Source of the DNA: an uncultured Marinomonas sp.
GTDB lineage: Bacteria; Pseudomonadota; Gammaproteobacteria; Pseudomonadales; Marinomonadaceae
DNA length: 64,000 nucleotides
Reading direction: 5' to 3'
Assembly: GCA_938009755.1 (NCBI GenBank)
Contig: CALLIL010000002.1
Span: forward strand, 6,420-70,419
In this document: piece after piece, positions 35,707-46,637 of the stretch
Position numbering within the stretch: position 1 is the stretch's first letter
How the letters are laid out: every line of letters begins with the position of its first letter
Position numbers and translations under genes: made by a program
Notes under the pieces: model-generated
What the model was told of the DNA's origin: nothing
Seen by the model: the letters and a program-made list of their open reading frames with translations, nothing else
Databases searched by the model: none

Positions 35707-38700
35707 ATGGGCTTTTTAGATAAAATAAAAAGAGAAGTCACGCGAGTTGTTGATCAAGTCGTGGACTTTGTCGACGATACAATCGATTGGTTTGACTCGC
35801 TTTTTAATCCAGAAGATGAGCCTTCATCATTAACAGTAAACAAAAGCTCGGCCACCGCCAGCATACCTAAACCCTACGGTAAGAGAAAAATTGGCGGAAC
35901 AAGAGTTTACCTGTCAACTAACGGAAGCAAAAACAAATATTTAAGTTCTGTTCTCATTCAGTGTGTTGGCCCTGTACATAGCTCTAGCAGTGTTACTATC
36001 TCGGATAAAGCTGAAAGTGAGTTTGGTGGAAAGTTACGCCATACATTCTATCACGGGTATCCTGATCAAGCTGCCGATGCAAATTTTGTGTCTGAGTTGG
36101 CGGAATGGACGACAGATCATAGATTGCAAGGGATTGCATATGAAGCCATTCGCTACACGTACGATCAAGACCTCTATTCAGGATTACCTGTTTTTACGTC
36201 AATAATAGAGGGCGGACTGTTATACGATCCGAGAGACGAAACAACATCTTACTCAGATAATTTTGCTTTAGTCGTACTTGATTATTTTCGATCAACTGAA
36301 TATGGCGTGGGAATGTCTGATAAGTTAATTGATTTTGATTCATTTAAAACGTCTGCAGATGTGGCTGATATTAGCTATCCAAGCAATTCAGATAGTGATG
36401 TTCTAGTAAAGCGTTTTGCATGCAACACCGTTATTGATACGAGTCAAACACCATTTGATAATATCAAAACGCTAGTGTCTGAAAGCCGCGCGTTTCTTAC
36501 ACAGACAGCAGGTCAATGGCGTTATATCATACAAAACGATTCAACAGCAGATCATACAATAACGTACGACGACATTATTGGTGACATTACGAGAAGCCCT
36601 AATGGAGCTCAAGACAAATACAATCGAGTCACTGTTTCTTACGTTGATCCAGATACCGAGTGGGATTCCAATGAAGCTACTTATCCAATAGATGATGATG
36701 AGTACCAAGCGTATTTAGAAGAAGATAACTGGGAAGAATCGCATCAAGACGTAACTGTGAACTCATGTACCAATCGTTATCAAGCACTAGATATCGCGAG
36801 ACAAATATTATTAGAAAGTCGTGTGGGCGGAGTGATTTCTTTTACCGCTCAGCCATGGATGATTAAGGTTCGCTGTGGTGACCTTCTGGTAATGGATATT
36901 GATGGTTTAAATGATGGTGTGTTATGGCGTGTATCATCAAGAAGTCTACCAGCAGACGGCGAGGTCTCTTTTACCTGTTCTGCTTATGATCCAACTATAT
37001 TTAATTGGATTGATATACCTGAACAAACCACGGTTATTGCACCAACGGTAGCAGATGCAAGTATATTACCAGCACCAGAAAGTGTAGTTTATTTGTCAAA
37101 TGAATGGAGTGAGGCGACTGTTGGTTCACTAAGTTGGACACAATCAGACAGTGCATTTGTTCATGACTACCTGGTCGAAGTGTATCGTTCTTCTGACGGT
37201 ATACAAGTGTTGAGTACAACGTTCGCCAGTTCGAGTGATTGGGCTGATGAATACATGCCAACGCTAAATTTACCTTATCTAGCGGCAGGTGAATACGATG
37301 CAACTGTTCGTGCGCGTAATGCATTAACTCGATCTTCGGTTACCACAGCAACGTTTTCTGTGGATGTTCCAGAAGTGGGTAAAATTACAGGTCTGGCGAC
37401 AGTAGGCGAGTTTGATAGCTCCTTGTCTTTGTCTTGGAATGCGCTGGACGATAGCTCGCTTAAACATTATCAGGTAGAAATTTATGATGTGATGAATGGT
37501 GTGAGTTTAGCGACTGTAAACTCATCAACTGAGTCTGTAACCATCAGCTTTGAGACCTTTTATGCAATTGGTTTGCCGCGCTCATTTGAAGTAAGAGTGT
37601 GTGGTGTAAACTCTTCTGGTGAGAGAGGGGAATTATCTGCAATAGCTGTGTCTAAACCTGCGCCAACGGCACCTGCTATACAGCTTTGGTCGTCTGTTAA
37701 TGATGTAAAACTGACGCTCTCTGCTGCTGCGAATGCAAAAGGGGTAACGGTTTGGCTTGGTAACTCAGACTCTGTAGAAAACATCGATTCAAACCAGCGC
37801 TATAAAGGGGAGAGTCTTTCAATCACAATAGATAACTTAGAAGCACTGACCAAATACCAGATTGCTATCGCCTCTTACGACGCATTCGGTTTTGGCTCGG
37901 CCAGCACTCATTCATTCACGACTCTGAAAGATGCGGTCGCGGATTCCATTCAGCAACTGACAGAACGTGATTTATCGTTGTCTGAAAGTATCGAAATCGT
38001 AGCGCAAGATCTGGTTGAGAAGAACGCAATTCAAAGTGCGAATACAGAGACTGTATCTGAAGAAGTGTTAAATGCCGCTGCAGATGCTGCTGAAATTCGT
38101 CGCTTACAATTGGCCCAAAACGATGAGTATTATCGTATTTTAAATGCCGTTGTTGAGATTGATGCAGAAACAGGCACGATCACAAACCGCGCATACGAGT
38201 ACACAAATACGAAATTCAGTGAAGCGTCGTTGTTGATCGACGGGGTGAACTCGTCAGTTGCTTTGCAAGCTAAGCGAATAGAAACTGCAGAAGACTCAAT
38301 CGAAAGTGTCGAGTCTGAATTGCTTGTGCAATCGGGGTTGATCAGTCAGCGTGCAACATACACTCAACTGACAGAAACTGTGGCGAATGCGATCAGTGCA
38401 ATACAGCCAGCGTACTCGACGAACTTTAACACTGGATTAGATGGCTGGTCAGCGCAAAGTGGCACAGCGGTTTATAACGCGTCTGCGTGGGTCGATATAA
38501 CGCTCGGCGATGTGGTGAGCGACATGGATTATGTTGGCTCAGAAAATCCAGTGATTCAGCTAACGATTGCACGAGAAAGCGGCGCGGCTTGGGTCGGAAA
38601 AATTCAATACAAAACCGCATCGCATGGCTATTCATCGTCTTACGAGTTGGATATTCCAGACGTTGTTGATGATGGTTTGCTGTATACCGTTGTTGTGGAT

Positions 38701-40653
38701 TTTGGAGAACAAGCCGATTACGTGGCTTCTGCAATCACAGGTTTGAGAATTATTCTCGGTTCAAGTGTTTCAGACGTCTATCAGTTGCATGGTGTGCAAG
38801 CGGGTAAACGCACGGCGGCGCAAGTTGCGCTGGAAAGCTTGCAAGGGCGCGTAAGCACTGCTGAATCGTCTATTGATGCAATTAACGGATCGCTAACAAA
38901 CTACGTGACAACCACGTTTTTTGAGGCCAATTCATTAACGCAAAACGATGTGCAGCAAACGCTAGACAGCTGGAACGCTCAATACAGCATTATTGCTAAA
39001 CTCACAGAGTTTGACGAAAACGGAACGCTAGAAAAAGCCAACTCGGCAGAGCAATGGATTGACGGTGCTGAGGCGTTTATTCAGCAAATCGCACAATCAA
39101 CAGCGCAAGACGAATTTGGCTCTCGTATTAGTGAAGTAGAGCAAACACTGGATGCTCAAAACGGAACGATCTCGCAGCAAATTACCAGCATTCACAAAGC
39201 AGAGATTGCAACAGAATCGCTTGCTGAAGAAGCGCTTCTAAACGCTGCAGAAGTGGCAGCTGCTAAACGTGAGCAGACGGCTCAGAGTGACACAATTGCA
39301 CTGTCCAGAAGTGAAACAAAAGCGGTTGCCGATGAGCTTTCAGCAGAAGCTACCCGTGTGGATCAACTGTTTGTTCAATATGCAGAAGAAAATCAGGCGC
39401 TTATTCAGCAAGAATCAACAGCTCGCGCTGATGCTGATGAAGCAATTGCTAAAACTGTTGAATCGTTGCAGTCAGAATACAACGACAACAAATCAACGGT
39501 TCAGCAGTCGTTGAGTACGTTGGCTAATGCTGACAGCGGTTTCGCTCAGTCTATTCAGTCGTTATCTACAACAGTTGGCGAAAACAAAGCGGAAGTTGAC
39601 GAGTATAAACGCACGGCCATTGGCTATTGTGTTGATGCAAATGGCAACCCAACAAGCCATGAAACAGCCGTCGCGTGTGAGTTGGTGGGCAATACATGGC
39701 AGGGCGAAACGTCTATTGCGGAAGCGTTGCGAAATGTCACGGTAACAGGGAAAAATGCAGAAGGCGAAGACGTGGAAGTGTCTGCTGGCGCTATGTATCA
39801 AGCCATTCTCGACACGAACGGAACGGCTACCGCGACCGCTGCTGTGCTTGCTGTTTACGGTAATCAATTAGCCGGTATTTTTGCGAACGCAGGGGAAGAC
39901 GGCAGCTCGTTAGAATTTCTTGCAGACAACATGAAGTTCAAAACAGAGAACGGGACGAAAACCCCATTTTATGTGGAAGGTGATGACGTTTTTATCAACC
40001 AAGCCTCAATCAAGGACCTACTGATCAGCAAACTAAAATCAGAAGACGGCTCGCTAGTATTTGAAGATGGTAAGCTGAAAGCTGATTTTATTGATGCAGA
40101 TAATTTGGAGGTTGATTTTGCAAAGCTTAAAAATGTCAGCATCAAAACGGGCGACATTGAAGACGGCGCTATTAATAGCGCGAAAATCGGCACAGTCATT
40201 CAGTCTGAAAACTTTGTGTCTGGCTCAAAAGGCTGGCGCATTAAAAAAGATGGATCGGCTGAATTCAATGGTGTCGTGCTAAGTCGAGAGATGGTTCTTG
40301 CACAGGGAGAATTTAATTTTGGAACCGTTTCTTGCGGTAATTCATCTGGCATCTCTAAGGTTTACGAAACTATTGTAGACACTGGGTATACGGGGTCTTC
40401 ATGGGTTGGGACTAAATACTATACGACTGTCAATGCAGGGTTTGTGAGTGGCTCGAATAACACGTCAGTAAATGCAAACGCGTCTACTTTATCTCAAGCT
40501 GCTTGGGGATTGACTGCAGAAGTCGTGCCGATTACGCGCTGGAATGCCTCGTATGGTGGGTCAACAATACATTTACGAATCAAAATCTATGCAAGAAGAT
40601 TAAATTATATAGACAACACTACGGTGTCTTGGCGTCTTCTCAGGGTTTCATAA
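35707..40653 (+). CDS. Tail tip/central fibre protein (gpJ-like)
   Basis: IP..YG.R..GG, GLP....I.G, FN3-like repeats, coiled coil, IQS.NFV.G..GW.I.KDG.AEFN. Confidence 0.88.
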   Translation: MGFLDKIKREVTRVVDQVVDFVDDTIDWFDSLFNPEDEPSSLTVNKSSATASIPKPYGKRKIGGTRVYLSTNGSKNKYLSSVLIQCVGPVHSSSSVTISDKAESEFGGKLRHTFYHGYPDQAADANFVSELAEWTTDHRLQGIAYEAIRYTYDQDLYSGLPVFTSIIEGGLLYDPRDETTSYSDNFALVVLDYFRSTEYGVGMSDKLIDFDSFKTSADVADISYPSNSDSDVLVKRFACNTVIDTSQTPFDNIKTLVSESRAFLTQTAGQWRYIIQNDSTADHTITYDDIIGDITRSPNGAQDKYNRVTVSYVDPDTEWDSNEATYPIDDDEYQAYLEEDNWEESHQDVTVNSCTNRYQALDIARQILLESRVGGVISFTAQPWMIKVRCGDLLVMDIDGLNDGVLWRVSSRSLPADGEVSFTCSAYDPTIFNWIDIPEQTTVIAPTVADASILPAPESVVYLSNEWSEATVGSLSWTQSDSAFVHDYLVEVYRSSDGIQVLSTTFASSSDWADEYMPTLNLPYLAAGEYDATVRARNALTRSSVTTATFSVDVPEVGKITGLATVGEFDSSLSLSWNALDDSSLKHYQVEIYDVMNGVSLATVNSSTESVTISFETFYAIGLPRSFEVRVCGVNSSGERGELSAIAVSKPAPTAPAIQLWSSVNDVKLTLSAAANAKGVTVWLGNSDSVENIDSNQRYKGESLSITIDNLEALTKYQIAIASYDAFGFGSASTHSFTTLKDAVADSIQQLTERDLSLSESIEIVAQDLVEKNAIQSANTETVSEEVLNAAADAAEIRRLQLAQNDEYYRILNAVVEIDAETGTITNRAYEYTNTKFSEASLLIDGVNSSVALQAKRIETAEDSIESVESELLVQSGLISQRATYTQLTETVANAISAIQPAYSTNFNTGLDGWSAQSGTAVYNASAWVDITLGDVVSDMDYVGSENPVIQLTIARESGAAWVGKIQYKTASHGYSSSYELDIPDVVDDGLLYTVVVDFGEQADYVASAITGLRIILGSSVSDVYQLHGVQAGKRTAAQVALESLQGRVSTAESSIDAINGSLTNYVTTTFFEANSLTQNDVQQTLDSWNAQYSIIAKLTEFDENGTLEKANSAEQWIDGAEAFIQQIAQSTAQDEFGSRISEVEQTLDAQNGTISQQITSIHKAEIATESLAEEALLNAAEVAAAKREQTAQSDTIALSRSETKAVADELSAEATRVDQLFVQYAEENQALIQQESTARADADEAIAKTVESLQSEYNDNKSTVQQSLSTLANADSGFAQSIQSLSTTVGENKAEVDEYKRTAIGYCVDANGNPTSHETAVACELVGNTWQGETSIAEALRNVTVTGKNAEGEDVEVSAGAMYQAILDTNGTATATAAVLAVYGNQLAGIFANAGEDGSSLEFLADNMKFKTENGTKTPFYVEGDDVFINQASIKDLLISKLKSEDGSLVFEDGKLKADFIDADNLEVDFAKLKNVSIKTGDIEDGAINSAKIGTVIQSENFVSGSKGWRIKKDGSAEFNGVVLSREMVLAQGEFNFGTVSCGNSSGISKVYETIVDTGYTGSSWVGTKYYTTVNAGFVSGSNNTSVNANASTLSQAAWGLTAEVVPITRWNASYGGSTIHLRIKIYARRLNYIDNTTVSWRLLRVS

Positions 40654-40711
40654 TTGACAAAACATAAGCGACCAATCGGTCGCTTTTTTTATGCAAATTT
40701 AAGGGGTAACT

Positions 40712-42544
40712 ATGGGCGTATCTTGGCGCTATCTCACATCTGTGAGCATTAATAACGGTGACGTCACTGTGAGCGTGTCCGGCGGGCATGACCTTTCTGC
40801 AGTCGAAGCGGGCTGGTCGTTTGACCTTGGTACTGTTCGTGCGGAAATCTCGTCTGGAACGGCAGCGGATGCAAGTGGCAACAGTACGCTTACGCTCGCT
40901 GTTGCTTGGGATGGCGCGAACGTCATAAATCAAACAGCAAAAGTCGTTCCGACTAGCGGCGCATTAATCAAAGCGCTCAATGCACTAAATGAAACAAACG
41001 ACTACGCCATTGCAACACATGAAGCAATGGAAGCCATCGCAACAGAAGACACAGACGTCACGCTAACAGACAAAACGGGTGAAGAGCACACATTTTCGTC
41101 AATGCCGAAAAATGCGCGATTAATTGAAGAGTCTATTTCTGAAAACACACAGAAAGTGAATGAGCTATTGGCAAACAAAACAGCCGACGGTGACGACACC
41201 ACAGAAGGGGCCTTGCTTACAGTCGGTGCGACGGTAAAGCAGCTGGATTTAACGAATTCGAATATTGAATATGTACCAGATGCAGACGCTGTAATCGACA
41301 TCGACTTTACGAAAAATAAGGCTGTGATCAATGGTGGTTTTGGCGTTGATAAGATTGAAACAACAGCCATTGCAGCGGTCACTCATACGCGAGACACCGC
41401 AGCCACAGGTGTTGCTGCAAATCTCAGTCTTGGGACGGCAGGGGTTAACGTACCTCGATTAGTTTACGATCCAGAAACTGGCGAGGCCATGGGCTATCAA
41501 TCAGAAGAAAGTAGGAATAACTTAATATTACAAAGTGAGGATTTTAGCGGATATACGCTATCTAATGCGAATACACCGACAGATAGCGGTATTGAATCAC
41601 CTGTAGGTTCAAACTGGTGGTTAGTTGAAAGCACGGCAGCCAACGGTTCAGCTCAGAATCATAGTGCAACAGGGTTATCTGACACCGACTATAATTGTTA
41701 TTCTGGTTATTTAAAGAAATATGGCTCTGACACAGTAGAATTGGTAATCCTGACGTTAGGTGGCACAGCTATATCTTTAGACCTGAATTACACCTTTTCA
41801 ACCGATACTATAGACATACAGAGTGACGAAACAGGCACAGCAATAGCGGGCAGGGTTATTCAAAACGACGGTTCAGTGAGAGTGTGGGTTGCGTTTCAAA
41901 ATAACGACACTGGCAACACGTTAGGACGAATATACATAAAACCGTCTGAAACTCAAGCTGACACGGTTTATGTCACAGGGTTGCAGGTTGAGCAAGGAAG
42001 ATCACCGACGTCATATGTTGCAACAACAACTTCAACATTTATCCGTGGTGCAGATGGGATGACATTACCCATAGGAGACAACCTGAATCCAAGTTCTTTC
42101 TCGTTGTATTGGGAAGGTAGTTTTCCGGAGGGGTATACTACAAGGAACCACACAAATGCTGCGGTTTTGGGTTTAACAGACAACAGTTATCGTAACGGGG
42201 TTGTCATAGAAGCTGCTGCTAACTTAGGTCATTTAAGAGTTCATGTAAAAGCTGACAATGTACACTTAGTAGTCTCTGATTATTTTCTAACCAATGTTAA
42301 CGGCGCGTACAAAATAATTTTAACATACGATGAAATAACAGACACAATAAAGGTTTACTCCAATGGTCAATTGAAGTTGACTGTCACAGGTGGTATTGCT
42401 GGCGCTCTTGATTTCTCGCTGCTGGACACAATGGAAATAGCACAGGGGTGGGCTGGGTTTTTTTTCGGACCGATATTCACTAAGAAAGTAGGGCTACTCA
42501 ACAAAGCTCTTTCAGGCTCAGAAGCAATCAGGAAGGCTCTATGA
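40712..42544 (+). CDS. Side tail fibre / receptor-binding protein
   Basis: PR..YDP.TG...G...EE.R.NL...SE.F, G.QVEQG..PTSYV.T; beta-rich C-terminus. Confidence 0.75.
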   Translation: MGVSWRYLTSVSINNGDVTVSVSGGHDLSAVEAGWSFDLGTVRAEISSGTAADASGNSTLTLAVAWDGANVINQTAKVVPTSGALIKALNALNETNDYAIATHEAMEAIATEDTDVTLTDKTGEEHTFSSMPKNARLIEESISENTQKVNELLANKTADGDDTTEGALLTVGATVKQLDLTNSNIEYVPDADAVIDIDFTKNKAVINGGFGVDKIETTAIAAVTHTRDTAATGVAANLSLGTAGVNVPRLVYDPETGEAMGYQSEESRNNLILQSEDFSGYTLSNANTPTDSGIESPVGSNWWLVESTAANGSAQNHSATGLSDTDYNCYSGYLKKYGSDTVELVILTLGGTAISLDLNYTFSTDTIDIQSDETGTAIAGRVIQNDGSVRVWVAFQNNDTGNTLGRIYIKPSETQADTVYVTGLQVEQGRSPTSYVATTTSTFIRGADGMTLPIGDNLNPSSFSLYWEGSFPEGYTTRNHTNAAVLGLTDNSYRNGVVIEAAANLGHLRVHVKADNVHLVVSDYFLTNVNGAYKIILTYDEITDTIKVYSNGQLKLTVTGGIAGALDFSLLDTMEIAQGWAGFFFGPIFTKKVGLLNKALSGSEAIRKAL

Positions 42545-42831
42545 TAAACAGAATCGGAACTATCGTAAAAACTGTTGTAACAGATGATCCAGAAGTTTTT
42601 GAGACTGAAACTTTAGAGGGTTATCACGTCAACTCAACAGAAGAAATCGAAGGCGCTGAGGACTACTTGATACCAACCCCCACCGAACTGGTGGACGGTG
42701 AAAAGGTGCCGAGGCCTTATAACCTATTCTTCGGCATTTCTGCGGAAGACACATTCTTCTATAAATTTACCGACAAAAAAGAGTGCGATGCTGTGATTGG
42801 CGAAGAGCCTGAAATCGAAGACATCAGTTAA
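42541..42831 (+). CDS. Small acidic protein, possible fibre assembly factor
   Basis: Coupled to the fibre gene; GYHVN motif. Confidence 0.55.
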   Translation: MINRIGTIVKTVVTDDPEVFETETLEGYHVNSTEEIEGAEDYLIPTPTELVDGEKVPRPYNLFFGISAEDTFFYKFTDKKECDAVIGEEPEIEDIS

Positions 42832-42857
42832 TTTAAAAAACTAAAAGATCAACCACG

Positions 42858-42876
42858 GCCGCGAAAGCGGTTTTTT
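42858..42876 (+). terminator. Late operon terminator
   Basis: CCGC-GAAA-GCGG followed by TTTTTT. Confidence 0.75.
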
Positions 42877-42933
42877 ATGTCTAAAATACGCACTTTCAAG
42901 TGTGAGTGGAAGGTGCGTATTTTGTATTAAAAG

Positions 42934-43587
42934 TTAAAATAAGAAGAAAGGGATTATTGCATAAGTTTTTATCGCTATGAAAACATTTAAAGCATATGAA
43001 GTTAGTACAGTAAAAGTGGCAGATTTGAAATTCAAATTTGTATTCTTTTTGATTTGATAAAATATGAAAAATAATTGTGAAACTAAAAACACGATAACTA
43101 ATAGTGAGCAAACTATTAGAGTTTGAACTGATATTTCTGAAATATATGGGTGACCTATGCCATTGTTTATAATGCTTTCTGTCATGTTTTTTAGATCTGA
43201 CTCAATGATAGGGATCATTGATAGAACGATCATAAGGTTAAAAGTGGATGAAAGGGCGAGAGTGTTGAAAAATATATGAATGCTCTCTTTCTTTCTTAGA
43301 ATTAAATTGTGCGTGAGTCGAAAAACTACTGATTGAAATATAATTGAAGCAAATGAGATTAGAGTTAGCTTTAAAAGAGATATTGTTGCTACCTCAGATT
43401 TTTCTGAGCTTAAATAAATCGAGTTTATTAATATATGTATTAAAACTAGAAAGATTGAAATTTCTTTTGTGTTTTCTTTTTCTTTGATTTTTTCTGAGAT
43501 TTCAGGTGATCGAGGAGAGGTAAGGACGAGAATAAAAGTCAGTACGTTTTCTTTAAGATATTGAATAAATAACTTTATATCTTCCAT
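42934..43587 (-). CDS. AT-rich polytopic membrane protein (moron)
   Basis: About five TM segments, opposite strand, visibly AT-richer than flanks. Confidence 0.65.
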   Translation of the reverse strand: MEDIKLFIQYLKENVLTFILVLTSPRSPEISEKIKEKENTKEISIFLVLIHILINSIYLSSEKSEVATISLLKLTLISFASIIFQSVVFRLTHNLILRKKESIHIFFNTLALSSTFNLMIVLSMIPIIESDLKNMTESIINNGIGHPYISEISVQTLIVCSLLVIVFLVSQLFFIFYQIKKNTNLNFKSATFTVLTSYALNVFIAIKTYAIIPFFLF

Positions 43588-43803
43588 GAGAATACCTTTC
43601 TTGGCTTTTATGATTAAAGGACTATACATCCATTCAAAGAAAAAAAACAATCCCGCAAGGGGGTAATGAGAAAGCGACTCAAAGGAAGTACCAGTTCCAG
43701 AGAGCCGTCAGATCACGTAAGCAAGCTACGTGAACCAACCCAGGGCTTCCCCACCGCTGGCCAGCGGCGAGGCGAGTCTATCAGAAAATTACGGTAGGTT
43801 CAC

Positions 43804-43986
43804 ATGCAAAATATACGTTGTGAGAAATGTGGAAAATTATTAGCAAAAGGGATTTTTGCGAGTTATGAGATCAAATGTTCTCGTTGTAAACTTATTAATC
43901 AGAGTGCCATGAGCGCCAACTTAGGAGCAATAAATCATGGCAAAGCCCATCATTCCGTGGATCGGAGGCAAGCGAAAGCTGGCTGA
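43804..43986 (+). CDS. com: Mu Com-family zinc-finger translational regulator
   Basis: IRCEKCGKLLA..EIKCSRCKLIN; overlaps the MTase start. Confidence 0.85.
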   Translation: MQNIRCEKCGKLLAKGIFASYEIKCSRCKLINQSAMSANLGAINHGKAHHSVDRRQAKAG

Positions 43987-44737
43987 ACATCTTCTTCCGT
44001 TATTCCCCGATCACGTCACATACGTGGAGCCATTTAGTGGAGCCGCTGCGCTTTTTTTCTTAAAAGAGCCGTCTAAAGTCGAGATATTAAACGACGTAAA
44101 CGGCGATCTTGTTAATCTGTATCGAGTCGTAAAGCATCATCTTGAAGAGCTGTATAAGCAATTCAAATGGGTGTTGTCTAGTCGTGAAACTTGGGAAAAA
44201 CTAAAAGTGACACCGCCTGAAACAATGACCGATATTCAACGCGCAGCGCGGTTTCTGTATCTGCAGAAGCAAGCCTTCGGCGGCAAGGTAGAAGGCCAAA
44301 CCTTTGGCACATCAACGACCAGCCGCCCACGGTTTAACCTTCTCACACTTGAGCAGGACCTAGCAGACGCACACTTTCGTTTAGCCAGTACAACAATTGA
44401 AAACCTAGACTGGGTTCGCATCATTGAAAAGTACGATCGACCAGGTACTTTGTTTTACTGTGATCCACCATATTGGGAAACAGAAGGCTATGGTGTGCCG
44501 TTTGGTTTTGAGCAATATGAGAAAATGGCCGAACTAGCGAAAACCATGCAAGGCAAACTCATCATATCAATCAACGATCACCCAGATATTCGTGAAGTGT
44601 TCAAAGACTTGCCCGTCGTCGAAGTCGACTATCAATACACAGTCGGCGGCAGCGACAAACGCACCGATTGTGTAGAGCTCATCTACGGCAACTGGGAAAA
44701 GGTGCCAGAAAAACGAGGCCAAACGGCCATGTTTTAG
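43937..44737 (+). CDS. D12-class N6-adenine DNA methyltransferase
   Basis: PWIGGKRKLA, YVEPFSG, FYCDPPY. Confidence 0.92.
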   Translation: MAKPIIPWIGGKRKLAEHLLPLFPDHVTYVEPFSGAAALFFLKEPSKVEILNDVNGDLVNLYRVVKHHLEELYKQFKWVLSSRETWEKLKVTPPETMTDIQRAARFLYLQKQAFGGKVEGQTFGTSTTSRPRFNLLTLEQDLADAHFRLASTTIENLDWVRIIEKYDRPGTLFYCDPPYWETEGYGVPFGFEQYEKMAELAKTMQGKLIISINDHPDIREVFKDLPVVEVDYQYTVGGSDKRTDCVELIYGNWEKVPEKRGQTAMF

Positions 44738-44777
44738 CTGTGCTTAATAGTGTGTATGATTGCATAGTGTGAAAAAC

Positions 44778-45668
44778 ATGGACGACACTATGCGATTACC
44801 AACTGATGACGAGTTACAACACATTGATGAAGCGCTCAAAACGTTTGATGCGGGCGTTGTATCGTCAATGCAATATATCAGAGAGCTGCAAGGCTTGGCG
44901 CCGCGCGATATTGCAGAGCGCTTTACGTGTGAAAAGCCCCAGAACATTTACAAATACATGCAATCGTCTTTTGAAGGTGTTCGTCCCATTCACTTCGCCG
45001 CTGCTTTTTCGTGGGTAACAAAAACGCCAGCCACGGGCTTCTATCTGAATTCTAATATTAAAGAATCGTATCGTGGGATGAATGATCAAGCGGTCAATGG
45101 ATTAATCTCAATCGGCACAATGCCATACGAACAGTTTGATATCGTAGCTAACTGCATCTATTTGTATCTCGATGAAAATGGAAAGTCCGCAGTAAATCGG
45201 CTAAAAGAAAGCCTATTTGAAGAGTTCGGCGATTTTGAAAAAAATGAACGATTGGGTGAGCCGCCAGCGATTATCGATTTAGATAAATTTGCAGCAAGCT
45301 ATTATCGATCGTCAGCATTAACAGCTCGTAATTTTCGTAAAAACAGCAATATTACTCAAGCTGAAATGGCGAGAATACTGGGCATATCAACGCATCGATA
45401 CCAAACGATAGAAGATGTGGAGCACATGGTGCCATTTCCGCTTTCGTATGCCATTCGCTTGAAGTTGGCTTTTAAACTAACCAGCCATGTAGGCTTTACA
45501 TCGTTAATGGATGATTATGCTGGCTTTCATCAGTTTAGAATTGCTCAGCATGTAAGAGATACCATTATTGTTGAGTCGTTGCTTCATGTTTCGGATGCTA
45601 AAAAGCCGTATGTAATAGAAATAATTAAAGGTGTGGCAAGTGCATACAATAAAGGGCGTGAGCAATAG
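44778..45668 (+). CDS. Protein with two XRE-like HTH regions
   Basis: IRELQGLAPRDIAERF.. and FRKNSNITQAEMARILGISTHRYQTIE; start uncertain (44760-44790). Confidence 0.7.
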   Translation: MDDTMRLPTDDELQHIDEALKTFDAGVVSSMQYIRELQGLAPRDIAERFTCEKPQNIYKYMQSSFEGVRPIHFAAAFSWVTKTPATGFYLNSNIKESYRGMNDQAVNGLISIGTMPYEQFDIVANCIYLYLDENGKSAVNRLKESLFEEFGDFEKNERLGEPPAIIDLDKFAASYYRSSALTARNFRKNSNITQAEMARILGISTHRYQTIEDVEHMVPFPLSYAIRLKLAFKLTSHVGFTSLMDDYAGFHQFRIAQHVRDTIIVESLLHVSDAKKPYVIEIIKGVASAYNKGREQ

Positions 45669-45686
45669 CTCACACCCTGCTTTATT
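45648..45686. terminator. Hairpin between convergent genes
   Basis: AATAAA-GGGCGTGAGC-AATA-GCTCACACCC-TGC-TTTATT. Confidence 0.6.
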
Positions 45687-46524
45687 ATTCTAAAGATTTG
45701 AATGTGGAAACCGTTTCAACATGTTTCTTCGCTAGAGTTATAAGTGCTTCAGCGGCTTTTTCTGGCTGTTCAAGATGCAACATGTGATCCGAATTTTTCA
45801 CAGAAAGATAATGCGCATGTTTTAATTTGCTGTAAAACTCATGAGTTATTTCGCCAGTCGCATAAGGGTCACTTTCACCAACCAAAACCAAGCAAGGCAT
45901 GGTGATCGCCTCCAAGTTTGTTGGCTTATGTGCAAGCAAACGTGTGGAGTTTTCAACAAACGCCATGATTTTTTCGTCATCAAATCTCATTACATTTCGA
46001 ATGATAGATTTTCGAATGACAGCGCTTCTGGGAATGTTGGGGGCGTCTGATAAAAGAAGGTCAGCAAAAACAGTGGCAAAGTGCTTTTTGTCGCCACTCA
46101 TTGCAGCAGCAATGAAATTGTAAGTCGACAAACGGCCGCTTTTAGGAATACCAGGTACGCCACACCCAATCGACAAACTCAGTACGCCATTCCACAAATC
46201 ACACAACTCAACAGAAACGGCCGTGGCATAAGAAAAGCCAAACAAATGGGCCTTGTCTATTTCGAGATGCTCCAACAAATCTAAAACCATTTGCGCCTGC
46301 TCTCTCACAGAAACGGTCGCTTCTAAAACCCCATTACCCGGTGTACCCGGTGTCTCGATCACAATAGTATTGACTGTTTTTGAAAAGTGTTGAGAGAAAT
46401 TATCAACACTATCAATCCCTTGCAATGCTCCCAGCAAAAATACCCCCCAATCTTCACTACCATTCTTTTCGTAAATCTTATAACGATACTCGCGATTATT
46501 TAAAATCTTGGATATTTCCTTCAT
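45685..46524 (-). CDS. Alpha/beta hydrolase
   Basis: GFSYA nucleophile elbow, VGESDPY acid, SDHMLHLEQP His; AGGAG RBS before ATG 46524. Confidence 0.88.
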   Translation of the reverse strand: MKEISKILNNREYRYKIYEKNGSEDWGVFLLGALQGIDSVDNFSQHFSKTVNTIVIETPGTPGNGVLEATVSVREQAQMVLDLLEHLEIDKAHLFGFSYATAVSVELCDLWNGVLSLSIGCGVPGIPKSGRLSTYNFIAAAMSGDKKHFATVFADLLLSDAPNIPRSAVIRKSIIRNVMRFDDEKIMAFVENSTRLLAHKPTNLEAITMPCLVLVGESDPYATGEITHEFYSKLKHAHYLSVKNSDHMLHLEQPEKAAEALITLAKKHVETVSTFKSLE

Positions 46525-46637
46525 AAAAACTCCTTTATTTAGATAAAAAAATATAATATCTTGAATATTCCATGGAGTTATTTTCGAAAAATACGACTTT
46601 TCGAATCCAAAATGTAGCCTATAAAGGAGATGACAAG

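Noticed and set aside
35707-42831. Diversity-generating retroelement or invertible tail-fibre cassette
   Set aside because: No reverse transcriptase, no template/variable repeat pair and no invertase or inverted fibre copies seen
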